Below are positions 24,882-33,740 of a stretch of DNA of 64,000 nucleotides, piece after piece. The stretch is from the IMG/VR virus record IMGVR_UViG_3300029552_000001; one strand, 5' to 3'. Source of the DNA: a virus. The translations under genes were made by a program, and so were the position numbers. How positions within the stretch are numbered: the stretch's first letter is position 1; each line of letters begins with the position of its first letter. The notes under the pieces are model-generated. The model made no database searches. It saw only the letters and a program-made list of their open reading frames with translations, and had not been told where the DNA came from.

Positions 24882-25898
24882 TCACATTATATCCGTTTCT
24901 AATGACCCGAACATAAGCTCATCAGTAATCTTGCGAAATTCCTTTACAATATCATTTATCTGCTTACGTTCGATGCTCCTTAGCAAATGGGCTATCACAT
25001 CCACTGTCCATCCATTGCCCGCTAAAGACATGGCCGTATTTGGGGCTATCCCGTCAAGGTAATCATCCGGCAATGTCTGTAGCCTACACATCTCCACCGG
25101 GGTCAGGTATCTGAATTTGTCTTTCATGTCAAAGGCGTTAGGATATCTTCCGGGAGGTAGTGATGAGATCACGTTATCTTTCATGACTGTTGTCAGGCAA
25201 TTACTTTTCTTGATGGGAGTGGTATTCTTATCTTTTCTTATCTCCAGACATTGCGTTATTTTTATGCCCATGTCACAATCCTTTCGATACCCGTCCTCTC
25301 CTATCCTTCTACCGACAATGGTCCCTATATATCTCCCTCTTATGGCTCCCGGATTCCAACCCTTGTCATGCTCTAGAATATCATCCAATGATATATGCTT
25401 GTCTTTCGGCATTTCTACCGGCCAATTACACCAATAAAGGCGATGCCGGGTCTGTGCCGATACCAAGGCGCTATCGATCTCCACCGGCTCCACGCCAAGC
25501 TCCTCGGTGATCACCCAGCGGTGCTCGTCCCGCATCCGGACGTTCTCGCCCAAGAACAGGACCTTACCTTTGGTCTCCTTCCTTAAATGCTTTACGATGT
25601 CCGAGAAGCAAAAGAAAAGCCTTCCACGAGAGTCCATAAATCCCTTACCCTTACCTGAGCTAGAGAAGCTCTGGCAACAGAACCCTCCCATGACCAGATC
25701 TATATCTTTCCAAGGGATATCCCATGTTCTCCAGTTATTAACATCCCCTAATTGAATAATATTAGGAAAATGTTTTTGACTTACCTTTATACATGTCTTG
25801 TCTATCTCCGAGGCGTAGTAAGTCTCGATAGGTATGCCGGCTCTTTGTAATGCTAGATACCCACATGATATCCCGTCAAATAATGATAATACCTTCAT
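24882..25898 (-). CDS. DNA (cytosine-5)-methyltransferase, second type, with an atypical FCCQ catalytic motif
   Basis: 338 aa with LFDGISCGYLAL (I), GGFCCQSFSSSG (IV, normally PCQ), FLGENV (VI), SAQTRHRLYW (VIII), RYLTPVEMCRLQTLPDDY (IX) and AGNGWTVDVI (X). Confidence 0.88.
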   Translation of the reverse strand: MKVLSLFDGISCGYLALQRAGIPIETYYASEIDKTCIKVSQKHFPNIIQLGDVNNWRTWDIPWKDIDLVMGGFCCQSFSSSGKGKGFMDSRGRLFFCFSDIVKHLRKETKGKVLFLGENVRMRDEHRWVITEELGVEPVEIDSALVSAQTRHRLYWCNWPVEMPKDKHISLDDILEHDKGWNPGAIRGRYIGTIVGRRIGEDGYRKDCDMGIKITQCLEIRKDKNTTPIKKSNCLTTVMKDNVISSLPPGRYPNAFDMKDKFRYLTPVEMCRLQTLPDDYLDGIAPNTAMSLAGNGWTVDVIAHLLRSIERKQINDIVKEFRKITDELMFGSLETDIM

Positions 25899-25910
25899 AT
25901 TGTCTATTGT

Positions 25911-26129
25911 TTATCTATACAATTCTATAGTAATTATATTATCAAAATGATCTTTGGCTATATCTTCCCCTTCTTTTATAGACATATCAAATAAAGAAGC
26001 AGGGTATGATGTTATATAATCATTCGTATTTACAACAACCCTTATTTCCTTACTCTTATCCTTGACAAGCATCAATTCGTCTATCAAATCTTGTACTGTC
26101 ATATTTTTCTCCGCTTTCATAAATTCCAT
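25911..26129 (-). CDS. hypothetical protein
   Basis: 72-aa ORF. No motif recognised. Confidence 0.5.
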   Translation of the reverse strand: MEFMKAEKNMTVQDLIDELMLVKDKSKEIRVVVNTNDYITSYPASLFDMSIKEGEDIAKDHFDNIITIELYR

Positions 26130-26131
26130 TT

Positions 26132-26554
26132 TTATTTACTTTCATGGCCAAAAATATCCTTTTCGGCTATACGTAATATACATTTGTGTATCCCCGGCAA
26201 GACCTTAACCAATTTTATACCAAAATTTTCTCCCCTTTTAACAAAAGTCCATTTACCGTATATGACCCCATGTATCATATGTTGTATTATCTCCTTGCTA
26301 TCTGTCAAAAATACTTGATAATAGATACTGTTGACATAATTGAAATCCTTCCCATGATCATCTGCCGGTCTTAATATCATTACGGCGGAGGAGCATCCAC
26401 GGACGAACCCGTATATCTCAAGGCATTCATCAAACTCATAATTATCGCGTTCCTCATCATGAACATCCTTAACCCATTTACATGGTCTCCCGTCCTTAAA
26501 CGGGATCTTTAACTGTTTCTTTGCCATAATTGTTTTAATTATTAAATAATTCAT
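26132..26554 (-). CDS. hypothetical protein
   Basis: 140-aa ORF. A possible alternative start is at 26527 (MAKKQLKIPF). Confidence 0.55.
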   Translation of the reverse strand: MNYLIIKTIMAKKQLKIPFKDGRPCKWVKDVHDEERDNYEFDECLEIYGFVRGCSSAVMILRPADDHGKDFNYVNSIYYQVFLTDSKEIIQHMIHGVIYGKWTFVKRGENFGIKLVKVLPGIHKCILRIAEKDIFGHESK

Positions 26555-26604
26555 ATCTACCCTTCATCACCTATATTGCTTCTTTCTTAGCGTCATGCAT
26601 TGCT

Positions 26605-26805
26605 TTAAATCTGTTTCTTTATGACAATTTGGTTCCCGTATTGAGGTATAATGCATAAACCTTCATTCAATCCATTTATTTCCAGTTCCCCAAAATTATT
26701 TAGATTTATAATAAACTCATTACCAACCCAATCAAAAACTCGTATGCCATTTTTAACTTCTATTTCATCGTCACCGCAGCGATGATTAATAATATGCACT
26801 TTCAT
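26605..26805 (-). CDS. hypothetical protein
   Basis: 66-aa ORF. No motif recognised. Confidence 0.5.
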   Translation of the reverse strand: MKVHIINHRCGDDEIEVKNGIRVFDWVGNEFIINLNNFGELEINGLNEGLCIIPQYGNQIVIKKQI

Positions 26806-27044
26806 TACCTTCGTCCCTGTTGTCCTATATTTATAACTCTCAATTTATCATATTCCTCTGAAAGAATCCCATGATCAAACAATTTGTTAGCGTCTATCTT
26901 AAGACTTCTATAATTGTCAGTTATATTGATATCACTCCACAAGTTCAATTTTCCCTTATCATCCAATTGCATATGGATAAAACCTTTTGTCACCTTCTTT
27001 CCGGCTTTAAGAGCCTCTACGTCTTTATCGGTAATCTTTTTCAT
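26805..27044 (-). CDS. small hypothetical protein (weak DUF2829-like N-terminal pattern)
   Basis: 79 aa. The resemblance of DVEALKAGKKVTKGF is weak and from memory only. Confidence 0.45.
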   Translation of the reverse strand: MKKITDKDVEALKAGKKVTKGFIHMQLDDKGKLNLWSDINITDNYRSLKIDANKLFDHGILSEEYDKLRVINIGQQGRR

Positions 27045-27373
27045 GCTTTCGATATTTTATCATTATAGTTAAATTCATCTTTCATTCTGATCTTTATACC
27101 TCCATATGATAATTCCTTATGAGCTGTAACAAAATAATCAACCGCATCTTCATCTAATAAACTATGCGGACACCTTTCCCATACAGGGTTTTGATCTAGA
27201 TGACCCCATGTGGCTACAAGTAACCTATTCTTGTCATTATCAATAGCTATTTTGTATGTCCCTGTAGTAGCCTTACGTTTAATGATCGCTCCATTTAACA
27301 TCTGTTTCTTAGCCCAGCTCCATGAACCTCTCAACCCAAATGTTTTTATAACCCAGTCATTTATCTTCTTCAT
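27041..27373 (-). CDS. hypothetical protein, possibly DUF2829-like
   Basis: 110 aa. WAKKQMLNGAIIKRKA ... VWERCPHSLLDEDAVDYFV loosely fits the DUF2829 pattern (aL..Gkkv.R..W ... W.ps..DllaeDW.i). Recalled from memory and unverified. Confidence 0.45.
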   Translation of the reverse strand: MKKINDWVIKTFGLRGSWSWAKKQMLNGAIIKRKATTGTYKIAIDNDKNRLLVATWGHLDQNPVWERCPHSLLDEDAVDYFVTAHKELSYGGIKIRMKDEFNYNDKISKA

Positions 27374-27379
27374 TTCAAG

Positions 27380-28525
27380 TTATTTGTTAAAAGTGTAATA
27401 TAAATATAAATACATAAATTGGATAGGACTATTCACCATACCCTTATCAGTAGGATCATCGTATTTTTCAAGCCAAAAACGAAGCGCCTCCCAATCGATA
27501 TCCTTACGGTCACATACCATGCAGGCTAGGTTAGCCCCGAACAGCTCCCCGCCGCCGCTCAACGACCTGTTAAACCTCTTGGCTAGTCTTCTTTTGAATC
27601 CCTTATCATACCATATCCCGGAGGTAGCGGCATAGCAATAATAAGCGTTGTACTTCATTTTCACGCCCATCCTATCAAATAAAGACGTATGCCATATCCG
27701 ATCCAGAAAGAACACTATTCCACGATATATGAAAGTCCGGAGATCCTTCCTGTATTTCTTCCCTAAGAAGCTATCCACGCAAGATATAGTCCCGCCTGAA
27801 TAGTACCAGTTATTGGCACCTCTCTTGACCTTATCCGTCATCTTGAACTTATTCTTTCTATCCTCTACCCTATCCCAAGGCTTTAATTTATCCTCATTAA
27901 ATGTCGGGCAATAATGATAGTAATGATTGATCCATGACAGATATGGGTTGTATATCGTGTATCCATTATCGCTGACATATGAGTTCATATCATACCCAAG
28001 TTCCTTGGCTAGAATAGATCCCTCATCAGCTAATACCTTTAATATCGGATTTAAGTTCCATATCTGATCTTGGCTAACAAACATCGAATAGCATGGGTCT
28101 TCATCCTCTCCATACCATCCACCCATCCCGCTCACTATTTTATCCAAATCAAGTGAATAATCTTTCCCGGATGAAAAGTCATCTCTAAGAAAAAAACCTC
28201 TATATGGGATCATATCATGTATGCCGGGTTGGTCGTCAAATATGAACTTAGCGTTCTCGGTCAATCTAATCAATGTTTGCAAGACAGAGGATATATCTAT
28301 GGGTGCATATTCACACCCATAGACCTTATTATTTATCCAAAGATATTGAAGAAGCTCGGCTATATTAATAGTCCCGTCCTCCACATATCCTGTCTTGTTA
28401 TCGAAGTTTATTTTGGCTAGAGGTATATTACTCCCTTGTGGTTGGTCACTTTTTTCATTACAACAATGCACGAACCTGCCAAAGAATATATCCTTCCAGC
28501 CAAAATATTTATCCCTTATCGTCAT
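27380..28525 (-). CDS. hypothetical protein (381 aa)
   Basis: Internal ATG (MTIRDKYFGW) chosen so the gene starts just after the upstream stop at 28530; the track start is 28618. No motif recognised. Confidence 0.6.
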   Translation of the reverse strand: MTIRDKYFGWKDIFFGRFVHCCNEKSDQPQGSNIPLAKINFDNKTGYVEDGTINIAELLQYLWINNKVYGCEYAPIDISSVLQTLIRLTENAKFIFDDQPGIHDMIPYRGFFLRDDFSSGKDYSLDLDKIVSGMGGWYGEDEDPCYSMFVSQDQIWNLNPILKVLADEGSILAKELGYDMNSYVSDNGYTIYNPYLSWINHYYHYCPTFNEDKLKPWDRVEDRKNKFKMTDKVKRGANNWYYSGGTISCVDSFLGKKYRKDLRTFIYRGIVFFLDRIWHTSLFDRMGVKMKYNAYYCYAATSGIWYDKGFKRRLAKRFNRSLSGGGELFGANLACMVCDRKDIDWEALRFWLEKYDDPTDKGMVNSPIQFMYLYLYYTFNK

Positions 28526-28529
28526 AAGC

Positions 28530-28805
28530 CTATTTCTTGTCGTATAACGACATGACGTTAATAAGATCAGCTTTTCTGGCCATCCCCTCAAGTTTATTAA
28601 AGCCATCCATGTTATCACCGCTGACGATGATAGTAGGATATACCTCTATACCGTACTTGGATATTTCCTCCTCCGTGGCTTTGTTCTCCGGGATCTGGTT
28701 TAACGTGACCTCACCCTCATACTCCTGTAATGTGTTGGCGATAATATATCGCATGTAGTCGCTGTATCCAGCGTCTTTCTTCGTGAAAAAATCAATTCTT
28801 ACCAT
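28530..28805 (-). CDS. thioredoxin/glutaredoxin-fold-like protein lacking the CxxC motif
   Basis: 91 aa. IDFFTKKDAGYSDY sits where CxxC would be, and GIEVYPTIIVSGDNMDGF resembles the cis-Pro / GG region of NrdH/Grx. Confidence 0.45.
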   Translation of the reverse strand: MVRIDFFTKKDAGYSDYMRYIIANTLQEYEGEVTLNQIPENKATEEEISKYGIEVYPTIIVSGDNMDGFNKLEGMARKADLINVMSLYDKK

Positions 28806-28806
28806 C

Positions 28807-29133
28807 TCAAATAGTTATTAATCTGTTAATAATCAAATCAGCGGTAAATATAGCATTATCTACCTCATCTATACTCATCTTTCTCCCATCGAAATTGTTA
28901 GATAATAAATCCTTAACAATCTGATATCTACGCTGCTCCCAATTTACGTCTACATCAAAATTCAGATTCTTTACATAATCATAATTTAATTCATTATAAC
29001 TGTAACTGAGATACTTAACTATCGGGAATAGGCTATCATCAATAGTGCGCTTGATTACATTAACGTATTTACCTGTTCTTTTGTCGATAGCTCTTAATCT
29101 CTCATCTACTACTCTTTTTCCTGACTCTTCCAT
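28807..29133 (-). CDS. hypothetical protein
   Basis: 108-aa ORF. No motif recognised. Confidence 0.5.
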   Translation of the reverse strand: MEESGKRVVDERLRAIDKRTGKYVNVIKRTIDDSLFPIVKYLSYSYNELNYDYVKNLNFDVDVNWEQRRYQIVKDLLSNNFDGRKMSIDEVDNAIFTADLIINRLITI

Positions 29134-29729
29134 TCTATAAGCCCTTTGTTATGTTTATCGTAATATAATAACGCTATGGCGTTCCAGCATACGGCGGATA
29201 GATGCATGAATCCCTCCTTATCATATCTCTCCCCTTTCGTATAAGCAACCAAGTGTCTCATGAGTGCACCTAGATAACGATTGAACCCATCAGGTATATC
29301 CTGCCATGAGTTATCAGCGTACTTCTTGGCACCTTCCGTATATACCCTCACGATGTCCTCTATCTCAGCCAAAGGAAGGAGATCCCACCGGAGTTTACCG
29401 TCGGCCCGGTCGTCCTTCCCCGTCCCGTCCTTGCCTGGCAGCCCACCTCCTTTATTGGCGTCCTCATTCCCATCTGGCTGGATGATCTCCTCCGATAAGG
29501 CCTTATTGCTATTCATTACTATCTCCTCCGCCTCATCCTTGTCTATAAGCCGTTCCCTTATAGCTATATGTAGCGGCAATACCTCATCCTCTCCAGCCCA
29601 CATGAAACCATATCCCTTTGGATATAACGTTGATAATTTCATCGTACCTGTATTATCCGCCGTTCTTTCAACCTCCCAGATCTCACCCTCGCAAAAGACC
29701 TTGTCAAATTTATTAAATTCGTATTTCAT
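29109..29729 (-). CDS. protein with C-terminal DUF5664-like (dATP/dGTP diphosphohydrolase N-terminal type) domain
   Basis: 206 aa. KLRWDLLPLAEIEDIVRVYTEGAKKYADNSW ... LMRHLVAY ... EGFMHLSAVCWNAIALL fits the recalled family pattern. Confidence 0.6.
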   Translation of the reverse strand: MKYEFNKFDKVFCEGEIWEVERTADNTGTMKLSTLYPKGYGFMWAGEDEVLPLHIAIRERLIDKDEAEEIVMNSNKALSEEIIQPDGNEDANKGGGLPGKDGTGKDDRADGKLRWDLLPLAEIEDIVRVYTEGAKKYADNSWQDIPDGFNRYLGALMRHLVAYTKGERYDKEGFMHLSAVCWNAIALLYYDKHNKGLIEWKSQEKE

Positions 29730-30007
29730 ATCCTTTCCCCTCCCTCTTGGTGTATTCTTATTGCTACATCATCATCAAGTGAGGATAATGCTTTAATATG
29801 TAATAATATATCTCGTTCATCGCTCTTATTTTTCCCTGCAATACATGATAAAATATTACCATTCATTTCTATTGTAGCCCATCCTTTTATGACAGGTTCG
29901 TGCCTCTTCAGCTTAGCGGCATCTTCTCTCGTTATCCAATATTCTTCAAAGATTATGTCTGGATACATAGCTTTTATTTCCTCCCCGGTTTTATACCACG
30001 TTGCCAT
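29726..30007 (-). CDS. hypothetical protein
   Basis: 93-aa ORF. No motif recognised. Confidence 0.5.
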   Translation of the reverse strand: MATWYKTGEEIKAMYPDIIFEEYWITREDAAKLKRHEPVIKGWATIEMNGNILSCIAGKNKSDERDILLHIKALSSLDDDVAIRIHQEGGERI

Positions 30008-30022
30008 ATCTCATGTTTTTAA

Positions 30023-30250
30023 TTAATAAAACTCGCTTAAATCCCTGCATTCTGGTGTCTCTCCTGTCATAGAGTAAAGCTCACCAGATGATAGATGCAC
30101 GCAATGAACGGTCTTCCCGTCTATATACTCACTTCGCTTCGTGATCCCACAAATAGCGCAGCGTTGGATCCCCGGACCCGCCTTTATCCATGAGTGCCGT
30201 ACGCTCCTCTTCCTTGTCCTGTTGGTGTCATTAAGCTTTCTCATGATCAA
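30023..30250 (-). CDS. small Cys/His-containing protein
   Basis: 75 aa with CAICGITKRSEYIDGKTVHCVH. Confidence 0.45.
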   Translation of the reverse strand: MIMRKLNDTNRTRKRSVRHSWIKAGPGIQRCAICGITKRSEYIDGKTVHCVHLSSGELYSMTGETPECRDLSEFY

Positions 30251-30594
30251 TCCTCCAAGACCGTTACAATCTTATCTTTCCCGATAATAACCTCATTTCC
30301 GCTTCTCACATCAAAGCATCTCCCTTCATCTGCCTCCTTGAAATAAAGAGCGCCATTGTACTCGAATAAACCGAAACCGTAATCATCTAGCTTCATCTCG
30401 TTAAGTTTATTAAATTTATACACGTTTTTCATATTCTCCATATTATATTGCATTACTGGAAATATCATTATGATACTTATGCCTATTACAAGCAACCCTG
30501 TGTAAAACTTTTGTGAATCATATTTTTCCCATCCCTCCATCATCATGGCAAAGGAGATTACTGTTATTATAATAATAGATATCAACCCTACCAT
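30247..30594 (-). CDS. membrane protein (two N-terminal TM segments)
   Basis: 115 aa with MVGLISIIIITVISFAMMM and FYTGLLVIGISIIMIFPVM. Confidence 0.55.
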   Translation of the reverse strand: MVGLISIIIITVISFAMMMEGWEKYDSQKFYTGLLVIGISIIMIFPVMQYNMENMKNVYKFNKLNEMKLDDYGFGLFEYNGALYFKEADEGRCFDVRSGNEVIIGKDKIVTVLED

Positions 30595-30595
30595 A

Positions 30596-31462
30596 TCACA
30601 TCCTCCTTTCTTTCAAAAATCCCATCATATCCTCCACGCTAAGCTGGAATCCGGCAGCCGCCTTATGGCCTCCTCCACATGGGTTGGCCTTGCGTGCCAG
30701 CGCCGAGACATCCACCTCCTTCTTGGTGGTATAGAACGAGCATCTGAAGAATCTGCCGTTCCAGCAAAATGGCATCATCAAATCATGTTTTCTAGGATCG
30801 TACATAGACTCGAATGTGGTGGAGTTAAACTCCGTAGTATTCATACATATCGCCTTGTATCCAAATATATCTGCCTCGAATGAGAACATCTTCATTTCTC
30901 CTCTGTTTTTCTCGATGATATATTCTATTATGGCCTCGCCATTTCTTATCATATCAGAAACAAACTCGCCATTCGCCTTGTTTAGCACCTCCCTGACCAT
31001 GTCAACGTCAAGCCCGCAATACCCTCTCATCCCATATTGGAATGAAAGAACGTCACTCCATTCGAAGCGATCATGATCCCATACATCATAAGCGCTCAAT
31101 AATTTTACCACGTCAGGGGTTTCGATATCATCGAAAAGATATTCCCACGTAAGCTCACAAGCCGCCGTTCCGATACGTCTTTTGCCTTTGACATTATAGT
31201 CCTTCACAGCTTCTATCGCCGTCTTATGGTGGTCTATCCATGTGACATCTATCCCCTTGTCTTCCCATTCGTCGAATAAGAATCTCGTTCTATCGCCAAA
31301 TGACACGTCAACTACAAACACCTTATCATATTTATTCACGTCAGGTATTTCCTTGCCGTAATTGTAAGGAAGAAGATCAATGTCCCCTTTGAAATACTTT
31401 TTTACTATAGCCGCTGACATTACTCCGTCAAGATCAGCCTCATGATATATACATCCTGTCAT
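30596..31462 (-). CDS. DHH-family phosphoesterase (RecJ/NrnA-like)
   Basis: 288 aa with HEADLDGVMSAA (motif I), VFVVDVS (II), WIDHHKT (III, DHH) and GGGHKAAAGF (DHHA1). Confidence 0.8.
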   Translation of the reverse strand: MTGCIYHEADLDGVMSAAIVKKYFKGDIDLLPYNYGKEIPDVNKYDKVFVVDVSFGDRTRFLFDEWEDKGIDVTWIDHHKTAIEAVKDYNVKGKRRIGTAACELTWEYLFDDIETPDVVKLLSAYDVWDHDRFEWSDVLSFQYGMRGYCGLDVDMVREVLNKANGEFVSDMIRNGEAIIEYIIEKNRGEMKMFSFEADIFGYKAICMNTTEFNSTTFESMYDPRKHDLMMPFCWNGRFFRCSFYTTKKEVDVSALARKANPCGGGHKAAAGFQLSVEDMMGFLKERRM

Positions 31463-32919
31463 AATCTGTTGTTTTTGATTAAAAAATCTATGTATTCTTT
31501 TATATCCTTGTTCCTGTCATTATCCCAGTCAAATGTCTCGTTTATGAATTTGAAATACGATACTGGAATCGAATGAAACATCCATCCACAATACTTGCCG
31601 AATGTCATCACCGTAGATCCAAGGGGATGATCCGGCCTTCCGGGAACAGGGGCGGCGGTTACGCCCTGCGCCAGCCCCCTCCTACGATCTTTCTTGGCGG
31701 CTTTGATATCCAGATCTGTTTTCGTTACCTTATCCCCCATCGGGATATTAGTTATTAGCTTATCGCCGATAAACATTCCCCATCCATACCCCTTGTAGTT
31801 CTCTATACTAAGTTTCCTTATATCACCGAACCTTGACGAGTTGTTACAACAATCAACGACCAAAGCACTATCCTTTCCGTCTTTTATACGGACTGCCCTT
31901 CCAAGCCACTGATAAAACGACGAGAACGAGAATGTCGGCCTTCCTACTATCACGCAATCCAGACCCGGATGATCGAATCCCGTACCGAGGGCGGAATAGT
32001 TGAACACTACCTTCGTCTTACCTGACTTGAACCCCTCGACTATAGCCTCCCGCTGTTTCTTTGGCGTGCCTCCGTGAACCACTTCCGCCATGCCAGCGCA
32101 TATCTTTGCGTTCATCCATTCGGCGGCGGTATTGCAGCTCTCAACAGAATCCATAAACACCAGTATAGATCTGCATACGTCTTTTAATACCATCAACCGA
32201 CGTAAAATAAGGTTGTTTAAGCCGTTTTTTCTCACCGCCTCACTAATAGACTCGGCCGTATATTCGGAGCCGTTAGAATTAAGTTTAAGGGCATCTCCAT
32301 TGAAATCCCATGTCTCATATTTAAGAGGTGTCCAAAATCCTTGCCTTATCATCTCCTCCACCTGTATGACATGGATTAGGTTCTTGAAATATACCGGTCT
32401 CATACGAGTGATGAAATTAAGCTGGGAATATGACACCTGCCCTATCGACATCGTTTTAAGCCTGCATGGTGTAGCGGTAAACCCTATCACCTTTTTCGGT
32501 TTCAGTTCATTCATGAATGTCATGAACTCACTGCCGTCCTCCGGGCTATACCCGGCATGAGCCTCATCTATCAACACGTTCCTGATCCCCATCTCCTTAA
32601 GCTGACCAACAACCTTCTTGATAGACCCTAACGTGGCGTATATCATGTTAGACAGTTCTTTCTTTCCACAGGAAGCGGAGTAGATGGTAGCCGGTATGCC
32701 ATACGACGTTATCTTGTTGTGGTTCTGTTGCAGCAATTCTTTTGATGGTTGTAAAATCAGCGTCTTATCTCCCATCAATCTAGCCGCCTCTGCTATCAGC
32801 AGTGACTTACCGCAACCTACAGGACCTACGATCAATACCGGATCATGTCTATCAGAATTTATGTAATCGGAGATACTTTTAACACACTCCTCTTGATATG
32901 GTCTTAATTTGTAAATCAT
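31459..32919 (-). CDS. SF2 DEAH-box helicase with a C-terminal DUF3820-like tail
   Basis: 486 aa with LRPYQ, GPVGCGKS (I), LIDEAHA (II), GFTATP (III) and QWLGRAVR (VI). The C-terminal MTFGKYCGWMFHSIPVSYFKF resembles the DUF3820 motif. Confidence 0.85.
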   Translation of the reverse strand: MIYKLRPYQEECVKSISDYINSDRHDPVLIVGPVGCGKSLLIAEAARLMGDKTLILQPSKELLQQNHNKITSYGIPATIYSASCGKKELSNMIYATLGSIKKVVGQLKEMGIRNVLIDEAHAGYSPEDGSEFMTFMNELKPKKVIGFTATPCRLKTMSIGQVSYSQLNFITRMRPVYFKNLIHVIQVEEMIRQGFWTPLKYETWDFNGDALKLNSNGSEYTAESISEAVRKNGLNNLILRRLMVLKDVCRSILVFMDSVESCNTAAEWMNAKICAGMAEVVHGGTPKKQREAIVEGFKSGKTKVVFNYSALGTGFDHPGLDCVIVGRPTFSFSSFYQWLGRAVRIKDGKDSALVVDCCNNSSRFGDIRKLSIENYKGYGWGMFIGDKLITNIPMGDKVTKTDLDIKAAKKDRRRGLAQGVTAAPVPGRPDHPLGSTVMTFGKYCGWMFHSIPVSYFKFINETFDWDNDRNKDIKEYIDFLIKNNRL

Positions 32920-33098
32920 TTGGATTTGTAGTTATCAAAAACGTCTTTTACGTACTCTAGTCTTATAGGGCATTCCCGACCATCATCCATCTTCACCATC
33001 AAAGTCTCTTTGGTCTTGCTTATGGCTATCACCTCTCCTACTCCTATCTGGGTATGGACTATATCGCCTAGCTTTATATTACATTTGATCATGGTCAA
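32916..33098 (-). CDS. small hypothetical protein
   Basis: 60-aa ORF. No motif recognised. Confidence 0.45.
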   Translation of the reverse strand: MTMIKCNIKLGDIVHTQIGVGEVIAISKTKETLMVKMDDGRECPIRLEYVKDVFDNYKSK

Positions 33099-33681
33099 GC
33101 TTTTTATTAAATTCCTCTATCTTGCTCCTGTCTGTCTCCTTGGTCATCTTAGCCTCTTCCTTAAACATATCATACCCTTCCCGGATATTGTCGCCAACCA
33201 TATTCTCTATCATCTCCCTTAGCTCATCGCTTCTTACGGCAAAAGATATCTGGAATGATTTACTTGTGCCTTTCATCAGGTAATCAATCTCCTTCTTACA
33301 TTCTGTCATTAACCGATCCAGATTATCGAACTTAACGAACTTGGAGTTGCCATTGGCTTTTCTTACCCCATCCTTGAAATCCTCCAATATCCCGTTAAAT
33401 ACATCCGCCATACACATCATGGAATGTAGCCATACCAGCATATTGAATTTATATTCATTATCAGCATTATTCATCAAGCCTATCAAAGACTCACTTTTTG
33501 TCAACATGATTTTAGATTCTCGATCTACGATATCCTTTATCTCCTGCCGGCATTTCATGGCACCAACGAAATCCATTTTAGAATAACATTCATTTGATTT
33601 CTCTACCAATTTCCTAATATCCTTTCTAGACATCAGAAGATCCAATACCTGTTTTTCTCTTTCGTTTTTATCCATAATCAT
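33079..33681 (-). CDS. hypothetical protein
   Basis: 200-aa ORF, helical-looking. No motif recognised. Confidence 0.55.
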   Translation of the reverse strand: MIMDKNEREKQVLDLLMSRKDIRKLVEKSNECYSKMDFVGAMKCRQEIKDIVDRESKIMLTKSESLIGLMNNADNEYKFNMLVWLHSMMCMADVFNGILEDFKDGVRKANGNSKFVKFDNLDRLMTECKKEIDYLMKGTSKSFQISFAVRSDELREMIENMVGDNIREGYDMFKEEAKMTKETDRSKIEEFNKKLDHDQM

Positions 33682-33740
33682 TTATTTATTGACACAAATA
33701 TAATTAAAGCCTAGATATTTACCTAGGCTTTTTAATAAAG

